From Candidatus Aenigmatarchaeota archaeon (GTDB taxonomy: Archaea; EX4484-52): a DNA stretch of 53,894 bases. Every line of letters starts with the position of its first letter. Within the stretch, counting starts at the first letter, position 1. A model generated the notes under the pieces. The model made no database searches and was not told where the DNA came from. It saw nothing but the letters and a program-made list of their open reading frames with translations. The translations under genes and the position numbers were made by a program. The stretch lies in assembly GCA_023137195.1 (NCBI GenBank), contig JAGLPV010000027.1, positions 1-53,894 of the forward strand. The letters are read 5' to 3'. Below, piece by piece: positions 10,564-19,663 of the stretch.

Positions 10564-13500
10564 ATGAATCCCGATGAGCCAATCAAGAAATATTTTTCCA
10601 TCATTGAGAAAGAAACAACACGATGTTATGACATCGCAAAAAAAGTAAAGGCAAAAGGCATTGACATTGACGATGAAATCAACATCCCTATTGCAAAGGA
10701 TTTGGCAGCAAGGGTTGAGGGACTTATCTCTTCTTTTTATCCAATAATAAAAAACTGCGGGGTTCAGGACGGAATAAGGGCACTTGAAAAAAAATACGGA
10801 AAGAACTCCGAGAGAGTTGCCCTGGAAGCAGGAAGGGATATTGCCATCGGAAAATATGTGAAATTTGAATCAAAAAAGGATGCCCTTGAAATGGGACTGA
10901 GAATTGCTGTCGGCTATCTGACACAGGGAGTTGTGACTGCCCCATTAGAGGGTATTTCAGAAGTCCAACTAAAAAAAAATTCTGACGGAAGCGAGTACGC
11001 TGCCGTCTATTACGCAGGACCTATAAGGTCAGCAGGAGGAACTGCATCAGCCATAAGTGTTGTTGCATTTGACTTCATCAGGAAAGCACTAGACATTGCA
11101 GATTACAAGCCTGAAGAAAAAGAAATAAAACGGTATGTAACAGAGATTGAAGACTATTCAACAAGAATAGTGGAAAAGCAATATCACCCGGCAGAAGAGG
11201 AAGTAAAGATGATGATAGAAAACATCCCTGTTGAAGTTACTGGCGACCCCACAGAACGCCTCGACGTTTCAAATTACAAGGATCTGCCGAGAGTAGAAAC
11301 AAACAAGATCCGTGGAGGGATGTGCCTTGTTTTTCTTGACGGGGTTCCGCTGAAGGCGGAAAAAGTATTCAAGAGGATAAAAAAATATCCAAAAGACTAT
11401 GGTCTGAGCCATTGGCTGTGGCTTGAAAAGTTCATTAAACTCAAACACAAGCTCCATTCTGTTTCAAAAAAAGACACAGGAGAAGATGAAAAATACACGC
11501 CAAACACAAAGTATTTATCTAAAATCATTGCAGGAAGACCTGTTTTTTCATTTCCAAATACAAAAGGCGGCTTTAATCTAAGATATGGCAGGTCAAGGAC
11601 AGGAGGCATTGCCTCAACTTCAGTCCACCCCGGCGCAATGCACCTGGTGGGATTTATCGCAATAGGCACACAGCTGGCAGAAGAGCTTCCCGGGAAGGCA
11701 ACTGTCGGGACTGTGTGTGATTCAATCAACCCCCCTATTGTGAGATTGGAAGACAAAAGCATTATTGAGATAAAAACAAAAGAAGAAGCAAAGAAACACA
11801 GGGATGATGTTGATATAATTATATCTATGGGAGACATACTGGTTCCATACGGGGAGTTTGCCAACAACGGTCATATCCTTATCCCCTCTTCTTATGTGGA
11901 GGAATGGTGGGCGCAGGAAGTGCAGGAAGCGCTGGACAAGACAAAATCAAAAAATGAAGAAAAGCAGGAATTTCTGCAATACACACAAGCTCCGTTCAAA
12001 AGACCGGATTTTTTAACAGCCCTAAAAATAAGCAAAAAACTCAATGTCCCACTGCACCCCGCCTATAATTATTTCTGGCATGACATAAATAAAGAGAATC
12101 TAATCAAATTAATAACAGGACTGCAAAAAGCAATAGAAAACCAGAATTCTTCAGGCGATGTCGTATTCGATTTGGCAATAGCAGAGCAGACAGGAGCAAA
12201 GCAGGTTCTGGAAGATCTATGTGTCCTGCACAGGGTACTGAATGAAAAAATAATCATAAAGAAAAACACAGCATATTCTCTTTTGTATTGTCTTGGATTA
12301 ATAACAAATGAAGACGACTTCAAAAATAATTTTGTTGAAAAGATAGAATCAACAGATGCAAAAAAAATAATCGAAAGAATAGAAAAATCAACAGAAATAA
12401 TGGATGCTGTCAACAATTTATCCGGCATTAAAATCATGAAAAAATCCCCGCACAGGATTGGATTAAAGATGGGAAGACCGGAAAAAGCAGAAAGGAGAAT
12501 ACTAAAGGGAAGTCCCCAGGTGTTGTTTCCCTGCGGTGATGCCGGTGGAAAAACAAGGAACCTTATGGAAACCGCAGAGAAAAAGACAATCACAGCGACT
12601 GTTTCAAATTATATCTGCCCCGCATGCGGCAAGCAGACTCCGTTTTCCTACTGCTTTGACTGCAAGATACGGACAACCCTAACAGAAGCCCGCCGGGAGG
12701 GTTACACTAAAGGCACAGTCATAAAGACAACCTACACCCGTATGAATCTTGCTGTTGACAAGCTACTGAAAAGCGCAATGAAAAACGTAGGCGAAGAAGC
12801 TAAACCAAAATTATTCAAGGCAGTCCGCGGAGTGATGGGAGTTGACAGGAATGTTGAATTCATAGAAAAAGGCATTTTAAGAGTAAAACATAGCCTTTTC
12901 GTGAACAAGGACGGTACAGTACGTTATGATTCAATGAATGTTCCCCTGACACATTTCCGTCCAAGAGAAATAGATGTAAGCGTTGAAAAATTAAAAGAAC
13001 TGGGCTATGTTGTAGATATGCACAACAAACCACTGAAGGACAAAGATCAGGTATTGGAGTTAAGACCGCAGGACATACTTGTATCAGACAACAGCATTTT
13101 TTCAGGAGCGCAATACCTAATCGGGATTTGTAAATTTGTTGATGATTTACTTGTCCAATTCTACCACGAAAAGCCATTTTACAATGCAAAGACAAAAGAG
13201 GATTTGCTCGGGCACCTGGTGGTCGGTCTTGCCCCCCACACTTCTGCAGGAGTAATGGGGAGAATAATAGGTTTTACTCCTGCAAAAATAGGTTATGCCC
13301 ATCCATTCTGGCATGCAGCAAAAAGGAGGAATTGCCTTGTTCCGGAAACAAATATCCCGATAATATCAAATAAAGGAAAAAGCAACATTATCTCAATATC
13401 TGATTTGTATAAAAAAACAAAAACCCCTGAGAAAATAGTTGATGATTTTGGAACAAAACAAAAAACAACCGATGAAATAAAAACAATTAGTTTAAATAAA

Positions 13501-15558
13501 AAAACAGGAATGCTGGAGGAAAAAAATATAGTTTCTGTTATTAAAAGTCCTTCTCCAAAACATTTGATAAAGATACAATTGGAATCAGGGAGGACTTTTT
13601 GCGCTTCGCCGGACCATGTAGTTTTAGTAAGTGAAAATGACGGAAAATTGAAGAAAAAAAAGCTTGTTGAAGTGGATGATAAAGATTGTTTTTTGACTGC
13701 TAAAGATGCGAGAGTGAAAGAAATAGATATTGAGGAAATTGATCTTTTGTACGAATTTTCCAAAATAAAGAAGTTGTATGATTGTTTAATGATTAAAGGG
13801 ATTAATAAAGAACTATCTTTGTTGGTGAAAAAATCAGGCGGTTTAAAACAAACTGCAAATAAATTGAATTTAAACAAAAAAACATTTTCAAATTACATTT
13901 ACAGGGACAGTATCCCATTTTCTGTTTTATCAGCCCTATTAAAATTACATAAAAAAGATTTGGATTTTATTCCAAAAAAATGTAAACTGGGTATTAAGTA
14001 TGATACAGTCGTTCTTCAAAGAATAATAAAAACAGATAAATCATTCATGAAGTTGGTTGGATATTACATTGCAGAAGGATATTCAAGAGCTAAAGAAAAA
14101 AATTGTTATCAGGTAAGCATTGCCTGCAAAGAAAAAGAAATGCATAAAGATATTCAAAATTGCATTAGTTGTGTTTTCAAAATCAAAGCAAATGACAATA
14201 CAAATGCCGTTTCTATTTGCTCAAAATTAATATATTATTTATTTGTCGAGATTATGAAAGTGGGTGCGCGCGCAAAGGATAAAAGAATGCCGAACTTCTT
14301 AATCAACATTCCCAAAGAAAAAATGAGTTATCTTCTATCTGCGTATTTTTCCGGAGATGGCTCTGTTGAAAAAAATAGGCTTCATGTTAGTTGTTGTTCT
14401 ATTAGCAAAAAATTATTAATAGACATTGGATTTCAGTTAATGCGATTCAATATATTTTACAGGGTAAAGAAAGAACAAAGACCCAGTGGAGGACTTGCAA
14501 AAAGGTTTTATGAGAAAAAAGGAGAAAACCCAATTTTTACGCTTTATTATATTTCTGTAAGGTCTTCTTATGCGCGTATTTTTTATGAAAATATTGGCTT
14601 TTCATTAAAGAGAAAACAACAAAATCTAAAAAGTGTTCTTGATAAGGAGAGAACCCCTAGAATTAAAGAATCCAAATATGCAGTAAATTTCATTATTGAA
14701 AAAATAAAAAAAACAGATGTTGTAGAGGCAAAATCAAAATATCTCTACGATATTGAAGTAGAAGACAATCATAATTTTTTAATAAACGATTTCATCTTAA
14801 CAAATAATTGCGACGGTGACGAAGACTCAATCATGATGCTCTTGGACGCACTGCTTAATTTCTCAAAGAGCTACCTGCCGGACACAAGAGGTGGTCGTTC
14901 AATGGATGCCCCTCTTGTTTTGACCAGCATAATGAATCCCGAGGAGGTAGATGATGAATCATGGAATGTGGATATTGACAGTTCTTACTCTCTTTCTTTT
15001 TATAAAGCGACATTAGAATACAAATTCCCTAGTGAAGCAGAACAGGTGCCAAGAGTTGTAGAAAATGTCATAGATACTCCCGAGGCATTCCACATAAAAT
15101 ACACGCACGAGACAACAGACATCAATGACGGCATGATAACCACAAAATATGTCAGTCTCCAGTCAATGGAAGACAAGGTACGTACGCAATTGCAATTGGG
15201 CAAAAAACTCATAGCAGTGGATGAAAATATTGTTGCAGAAAAACTGCTGTCAAAACATTTCTTAAAGGACATAAAGGGAAATTTAAGGACATTTTCAAAG
15301 CAGTCTGTAAGATGCGTCAGTTGTAATGAGAAATACAGGAGAATTCCTCTGCTTGGAATATGCATAAGGTGCAAAGGAAAGCTCATTCTTTCTGTCTCAG
15401 AAGGATTTGTAAGGAAATACATTGAACCGTCAAAGCAGATCATTGAAGATTATAAAATATCGCCTTATCTGTGCCAGCAGTTTAAGATTCTGGAAAAACA
15501 GGTAGATGACCTGTTCGGCAAAAAGGACAGGCAGATGAAATTGTTTAAGTTCGGGTGA
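10564..15558 (+). CDS. polC: DNA polymerase II (PolD) large subunit DP2, intein-containing
   Basis: YAGPIRSAGGT, LRYGRSR, MGRPEKA, GLAPHTSAG, HAAKRRN/CDGDED, C-terminal Zn finger and PIP-like RQMKLFKF. Confidence 0.98.
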   Translation: MNPDEPIKKYFSIIEKETTRCYDIAKKVKAKGIDIDDEINIPIAKDLAARVEGLISSFYPIIKNCGVQDGIRALEKKYGKNSERVALEAGRDIAIGKYVKFESKKDALEMGLRIAVGYLTQGVVTAPLEGISEVQLKKNSDGSEYAAVYYAGPIRSAGGTASAISVVAFDFIRKALDIADYKPEEKEIKRYVTEIEDYSTRIVEKQYHPAEEEVKMMIENIPVEVTGDPTERLDVSNYKDLPRVETNKIRGGMCLVFLDGVPLKAEKVFKRIKKYPKDYGLSHWLWLEKFIKLKHKLHSVSKKDTGEDEKYTPNTKYLSKIIAGRPVFSFPNTKGGFNLRYGRSRTGGIASTSVHPGAMHLVGFIAIGTQLAEELPGKATVGTVCDSINPPIVRLEDKSIIEIKTKEEAKKHRDDVDIIISMGDILVPYGEFANNGHILIPSSYVEEWWAQEVQEALDKTKSKNEEKQEFLQYTQAPFKRPDFLTALKISKKLNVPLHPAYNYFWHDINKENLIKLITGLQKAIENQNSSGDVVFDLAIAEQTGAKQVLEDLCVLHRVLNEKIIIKKNTAYSLLYCLGLITNEDDFKNNFVEKIESTDAKKIIERIEKSTEIMDAVNNLSGIKIMKKSPHRIGLKMGRPEKAERRILKGSPQVLFPCGDAGGKTRNLMETAEKKTITATVSNYICPACGKQTPFSYCFDCKIRTTLTEARREGYTKGTVIKTTYTRMNLAVDKLLKSAMKNVGEEAKPKLFKAVRGVMGVDRNVEFIEKGILRVKHSLFVNKDGTVRYDSMNVPLTHFRPREIDVSVEKLKELGYVVDMHNKPLKDKDQVLELRPQDILVSDNSIFSGAQYLIGICKFVDDLLVQFYHEKPFYNAKTKEDLLGHLVVGLAPHTSAGVMGRIIGFTPAKIGYAHPFWHAAKRRNCLVPETNIPIISNKGKSNIISISDLYKKTKTPEKIVDDFGTKQKTTDEIKTISLNKKTGMLEEKNIVSVIKSPSPKHLIKIQLESGRTFCASPDHVVLVSENDGKLKKKKLVEVDDKDCFLTAKDARVKEIDIEEIDLLYEFSKIKKLYDCLMIKGINKELSLLVKKSGGLKQTANKLNLNKKTFSNYIYRDSIPFSVLSALLKLHKKDLDFIPKKCKLGIKYDTVVLQRIIKTDKSFMKLVGYYIAEGYSRAKEKNCYQVSIACKEKEMHKDIQNCISCVFKIKANDNTNAVSICSKLIYYLFVEIMKVGARAKDKRMPNFLINIPKEKMSYLLSAYFSGDGSVEKNRLHVSCCSISKKLLIDIGFQLMRFNIFYRVKKEQRPSGGLAKRFYEKKGENPIFTLYYISVRSSYARIFYENIGFSLKRKQQNLKSVLDKERTPRIKESKYAVNFIIEKIKKTDVVEAKSKYLYDIEVEDNHNFLINDFILTNNCDGDEDSIMMLLDALLNFSKSYLPDTRGGRSMDAPLVLTSIMNPEEVDDESWNVDIDSSYSLSFYKATLEYKFPSEAEQVPRVVENVIDTPEAFHIKYTHETTDINDGMITTKYVSLQSMEDKVRTQLQLGKKLIAVDENIVAEKLLSKHFLKDIKGNLRTFSKQSVRCVSCNEKYRRIPLLGICIRCKGKLILSVSEGFVRKYIEPSKQIIEDYKISPYLCQQFKILEKQVDDLFGKKDRQMKLFKFG
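13333..14808 (+). mobile_element. Intein with LAGLIDADG homing endonuclease in polC (492 aa)
   Basis: Splits KRRN|CDGDED. Begins CLVPET, block B ASPDH, LAGLIDADG motifs LVGYYIAEG and LLSAYFSGDG, block F LYDIEVEDNHNF, ends LTNN before the +1 Cys. Confidence 0.96.
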
Positions 15559-15566
15559 TTATTTAC

Positions 15567-16104
15567 TATATCACGACACAAAAGTAATCATGGAAGTTTC
15601 CTTACAATCCATACTACTTCTAAGATTTTGTTCTTATCTCATCACATTTGTGCAACAAGAACAAAATGCAAGTATGTGGCGTGATATACTAGCAAAATAC
15701 ATAAATGCTATCTAAATACAAATTATGTCTTTGTATTATTTTCTGCTGTGAATAAATTATTAAGCAGAAAATAAGCTTAAAAGTAGTATTTTGCGTAGGG
15801 ATTTTGTTATTGTTGCACAAATTTCAAGAATACAATAACAAAACATTGGAAGTATTTTGTCCATAGGACAAAACATTAGACGTATTTTGCTCAAAGAGCA
15901 AAACATTGGAAGTGGTGTTGCTTGTAATGAAACTTCCATTGGTATTGCCAGTAAGGAAACTTCCATTGGTAAGTGTCGCAGGGAAACATCCATTGAACTT
16001 TTATGATTATTTTCTGCCGTGTATAAATGGTAAGCAGAAAATAAGCTTAAAAGTAGTATTTTGCGTAGGGGAAACTTTTATGATTATTTATGTGTTTTGC
16101 TATA
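15567..16104. repeat. Modular palindromic element, copy 1: module A 15567-15688; module B 15690-16104, expanded by a ~350-bp hairpin/tandem-repeat insert
   Basis: Module A ends are TATATCACGACACA...TGTGGCGTGATATA. Module B ends are TAGCAAAATACATAAAT...ATTTATGTGTTTTGCTATA. Homologous to 17092-17368 and 25300-25411. Confidence 0.9.
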
Positions 16105-16181
16105 AAATTTTGAAAAATTGCGTAGAAACCACCAATATTCAAATCTAAACACACAGTAAAATATAATTCAAAAAATAAAAA

Positions 16182-16652
16182 TTAAAAACTCAACTTAAAC
16201 ACTTTCTTAAATACAATACTCGCTATTATTGAGAAAAGTATATAGACTCCAAGCCATCCGAGGGTTGACTTCCATATAAATCCAAGAGAAAAAGAAAACC
16301 AAGGCAAAGCAAAACCCAATGGAAATGTATATGTAACCGTAGCAAAATATTTTGCAATAAGCGGAAACGCAATGATGAACAAAGGCATTGTATACAAAGC
16401 AGGTTTCATTGTCATCATCATCTGCTTTTTGCTCAAATGCATTGTCCTTGCCATCATCTTGTTCGTCTTGGAAACATCGTTTTTCTTCTGAGCTTCTTTC
16501 ATGTCTTTCTGGAGAGATTTTATTTCTGATCTTATTCTCTTCATTTCCTTGTGGTCAATCGTCTTTTTCTGGACAAGAGTTATAATCAAAGACAAACCTG
16601 ATGAAATCAGGCCTAACTGCACAACAGGATCCAACAACATATCAAAGCTCAT
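16182..16652 (-). CDS. EMC3/TMCO1 (DUF106, Oxa1 superfamily) membrane insertase
   Basis: TM, cytoplasmic coiled coil (MKRIRSEIKSLQKDMKEAQK), MKP..YT.P and LGWLGVYILFS. Confidence 0.88.
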   Translation of the reverse strand: MSFDMLLDPVVQLGLISSGLSLIITLVQKKTIDHKEMKRIRSEIKSLQKDMKEAQKKNDVSKTNKMMARTMHLSKKQMMMTMKPALYTMPLFIIAFPLIAKYFATVTYTFPLGFALPWFSFSLGFIWKSTLGWLGVYILFSIIASIVFKKVFKLSF

Positions 16653-16660
16653 TTGTTATT

Positions 16661-16951
16661 TTATTCCTCCAGACATTTAAGTGTAGAATCTTTAGAAAGA
16701 TTTAAACTTAAATTATTGTTCCATTCCCTGACGTAAGCATTTTCTATTTCAACTTTTTTTGCGCTCTTCACTTCTTCAATTTTTTCCTGCCACAAAGTAA
16801 GATTTATTCTTCCTGTCTTGTCTTCAATTACTGCATCCGCAACTTCTCTTGGTCCGAATTTCGTATTCACTGTTCTTGGATCGCCAACTTCTACAACATG
16901 CCCACTAATACTGACATCCTGCGAATCTTTTGTTATTTCTGATATCTCCAT
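16661..16951 (-). CDS. Single OB-fold ssDNA-binding protein (SSB/RPA-like)
   Basis: VADAVIEDKTGRINLTLW...IENAYVREWN. Confidence 0.9.
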   Translation of the reverse strand: MEISEITKDSQDVSISGHVVEVGDPRTVNTKFGPREVADAVIEDKTGRINLTLWQEKIEEVKSAKKVEIENAYVREWNNNLSLNLSKDSTLKCLEE

Positions 16952-17017
16952 AATACTACCTCTATATAAGATTTATTGAATAAATATGATGAAATTTTAT
17001 AAAGGTTTTATAAACAA

Positions 17018-17092
17018 TAGCGAGGGTAAGACTCGAACTTACGACCTTCGGGTTATGAGCCCGACGAGCACTCCAAACTGCTCCACCTCGCT
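17018..17092 (-). tRNA. Initiator tRNA-Met (CAT)
   Basis: Reverse complement AGCGAGGTGGAGCAGTTTGGAGTGCTCGTCGGGCTCATAACCCGAAGGTCGTAAGTTCGAGTCTTACCCTCGCTA. It has the A1-U72 pair, three consecutive G-C pairs in the anticodon stem, no intron and no encoded CCA. Confidence 0.96.
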
Positions 17093-17368
17093 ATATTGCG
17101 GCACAAAAGTAATCATGGAAGTTTCCTTACAATCCATACTACTTCTAAGATTTTGTTCTTATCTCATCACTTTGTGCAATAAGAACAAAATGCGATTAAT
17201 GTGGCGCGATATATTCTCAAACGCAATTGTATTGCTTGTTATGCTAATTGCGTCTTCGTATATATTTTCCTGCTTAACTTTCGAATTTTATTCGCAGTCA
17301 AATATACTAGTAAACACACAAATACTATCAAATAGGTATCTTTTGCATTATTTATGTGTTTTGCTATA
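17092..17368. repeat. Modular palindromic element, copy 2: module A 17092-17213; module B 17308-17368
   Basis: 122-bp module A is nearly identical internally to 15567-15688. Module B ends in ATTTATGTGTTTTGCTATA. Confidence 0.9.
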
Positions 17369-17397
17369 ACAATAATACTCTCATTGGATTTATCTTT

Positions 17398-17982
17398 TTA
17401 AATATATCGAGAAACAAACCTTAAAATATTAGCAACAGTCCTGTCTTCCTTTATAGTGCCGTCCATACACATTTTTTTAACTTCTTCGAAATTCATCCAT
17501 CTGCACGTTATATTCTCCCCATGCTCAAGCATTTGCCCGTTTTTACTTTCGCAAAACTCATCTACAACAAAATAAAACATATCCCATTCAACTGTCGGTC
17601 CGCCTGTGCCGGATGTCCGGAAATAATTTATATTTTCAACAACAAGCCCTGTTTCCTCCAGAACTTCTTTTTTTGCAGCTTCAACAGCCATTTTTAGCAT
17701 ATTTTCCCCGGATTCAAGAGCAGATTTATAGTCTTCAAGAGTGTCAAAGACCTTTCCCCCGGGAATGCGAAAATCCCAGTCTTCAAGCTCTGTGCGGTAC
17801 TCTTTTATTATGAGCATCCTGTTGTTCTCAACAATCATAATACGAACACCGGGAGAACGTCTCGCTTTCTCAAATATTCTTACTTCATTTCCAATTTTCA
17901 TCTTCTGGTGCAGGACTTCAATAATACTGCCGGAATATTTTACTTCTGGTTGTCCATGGGGTTTTGGAATGTAATTTTCCAT
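17398..17982 (-). CDS. NUDIX hydrolase (ADP-ribose pyrophosphatase-like)
   Basis: PGG...AAKKEVLEETGL Nudix box with an insertion after PGG. Confidence 0.9.
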   Translation of the reverse strand: MENYIPKPHGQPEVKYSGSIIEVLHQKMKIGNEVRIFEKARRSPGVRIMIVENNRMLIIKEYRTELEDWDFRIPGGKVFDTLEDYKSALESGENMLKMAVEAAKKEVLEETGLVVENINYFRTSGTGGPTVEWDMFYFVVDEFCESKNGQMLEHGENITCRWMNFEEVKKMCMDGTIKEDRTVANILRFVSRYI

Positions 17983-18031
17983 AAGAATTTAGACAAGGAT
18001 ATATTTTTAAAATCTTCAAGCAAAAGAGATT

Positions 18032-18964
18032 ATGGAAGAAGAAAAAATCTACATTATAGGTCATAAAAACCCTGACACTGACTCAATATGCAGTGCAATA
18101 AGCTATGCTTACTTAAAAAACAAGGAAGAAAATACTAAAAAGTACATTCCTGCAAGGTCGGGAAAAATAAATCCTGAGACTCATTTTATATTTAAATATT
18201 TTGACTTCACAGTTCTGCCTCACCTGATAGAGGATGCAACCGGCAAAAAAGTAATACTTGTAGACCATACTGAACCAAAACAAAGACCGGAAAATATGGA
18301 CAAGGGAGAGATTGTTGAAGTGATAGACCACCATAATATAAACTTTCAACAGGCAAAACCGATATTTTTCCATGTAGAACCAATAGGAAGCACTTCAACA
18401 ATAATTACAAAAATGTATTTTGATAAAAATATAGAAATTCCTAAAAAAATTGCAGGACTTCTTATCAGCGCAATAGTGTCAGATACAGTAATATTCAAAT
18501 CACCAATAACAACTGAAGAAGACAGAAAAATCGCAGAAAAGCTAATGCCTCTTGCGGGAATAGACAACATGGACTCTTTCGGAATAGAGATGTTCAAAGC
18601 AAAATCAAACTGGGGCAAAAAGACAGCAGATGAAATCATAAATACAGATTACAAGGAATACGAGCTTGCCGGAAAAAATATAGGCATAGCGCAGATAGAA
18701 ACTGTTGATGCAAGCGAACTTGAAAAGAGAAAACAGGAATTTCTTGAAGTCATGAAAAAAATGAAAACCAGTCGAAATCTGGATTTGATAATAGTTCTTC
18801 TGACAGATATAATAAAAGAAGGATGTCTTGCATTTTTAGTTGGAGATGAAATAGAAACTGTAGAAAAAGCATTTAACAATGAAATAAAAGACAATCAAAT
18901 GTATCTTCCCGGCGTGTTATCCAGGAAAAAGCAGGTTGTACCCGTTCTGGAAGATTTGTTTTAA
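18032..18964 (+). CDS. ppaC: Manganese-dependent inorganic pyrophosphatase (family II, DHH/DHHA2)
   Basis: GHKNPDTDS, LVDH, IDHH, SDT and C-terminal SRKKQVVP. Confidence 0.96.
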   Translation: MEEEKIYIIGHKNPDTDSICSAISYAYLKNKEENTKKYIPARSGKINPETHFIFKYFDFTVLPHLIEDATGKKVILVDHTEPKQRPENMDKGEIVEVIDHHNINFQQAKPIFFHVEPIGSTSTIITKMYFDKNIEIPKKIAGLLISAIVSDTVIFKSPITTEEDRKIAEKLMPLAGIDNMDSFGIEMFKAKSNWGKKTADEIINTDYKEYELAGKNIGIAQIETVDASELEKRKQEFLEVMKKMKTSRNLDLIIVLLTDIIKEGCLAFLVGDEIETVEKAFNNEIKDNQMYLPGVLSRKKQVVPVLEDLF

Positions 18965-19617
18965 ATTTTCTTTTTGACTTTCTTTTTGCTTGTTTTAGTC
19001 TTTTTTGGGTTTGCCTGTTTTTTTCCACTGTCCAAAAAATCTTCAATCATCTTCTTTGATTTTTCAATTTGCGCCAGATTATCTGAGTCATCATCATTCA
19101 TTTTTTTTGCAATCCCCAGTTCGGTTATAATTTTCATTACATCGTTTTTCATCTTTTTATTGAATAAGCCATCTTTTTTCAACTTGTTTACGGCATCCAT
19201 AAATTCATATATCATCTCGTTTAATTCATTTTTTTGATCTTTATATATTCCCGTGTCATCATCCATAATCAATTCTCCTATTGTTTCTTTTAGAGTTTTA
19301 CTAAAATTTTGAGATTGTTCATTTAACAGAACAGATTCTCTCAACAATTTATCAATCTCCTCTGATTGCACAGATGCCTCTTTTTCGTCTTTTTTCAGAA
19401 ACAAGAATAGCAGCAATGCGATAAGTACAGCAAAAGGTAATATTATCAAGTAAACCGGAATGGTTGACGGGTTTTCGACAAAACTATTTACTTTTGTTAC
19501 GAGCGTATTGTTGGAAAAAGCCGACGAAACACAAGGCACGTCTGCTCCGGTCCATATAAAATATGCCGCCACCATGCATAGAACAAAGAAAGACAGGAGG
19601 TATATTTTCAACTTCAT
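18961..19617 (-). CDS. Hypothetical membrane protein
   Basis: Two hydrophobic segments followed by a helical, Lys-rich cytoplasmic region. Confidence 0.7.
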   Translation of the reverse strand: MKLKIYLLSFFVLCMVAAYFIWTGADVPCVSSAFSNNTLVTKVNSFVENPSTIPVYLIILPFAVLIALLLFLFLKKDEKEASVQSEEIDKLLRESVLLNEQSQNFSKTLKETIGELIMDDDTGIYKDQKNELNEMIYEFMDAVNKLKKDGLFNKKMKNDVMKIITELGIAKKMNDDDSDNLAQIEKSKKMIEDFLDSGKKQANPKKTKTSKKKVKKKI

Positions 19618-19663
19618 AATAGTTTATATTGGAAAGAATTAAATAAGTTGATATATCAACAAC

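Noticed and set aside
15801-15993. CRISPR array suggested by recurring CAAAACATTGGAAGT and GAAACTTCCATT units
   Set aside because: Intervening sequences are mostly 9-15 bp and self-complementary or mutually similar, the repeats are degenerate, and there are no cas genes in the window.
15760-16148. ORFs 15760-15993 (-) and 15906-16148 (+) with repeated peptides (MEVSL, MFC)
   Set aside because: They are a by-product of 27- and 30-bp DNA repeats, have TTG/weak starts or atypical composition, and show no protein-like features.
17018-17092. tRNA-targeted integrated element (att duplication)
   Set aside because: I saw no second copy of the tRNA 3' end and no integrase in the window.
16986-17369. 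127-aa ORF on the + strand
   Set aside because: It runs antisense across the tRNA and through the palindromic element; shadow ORF.
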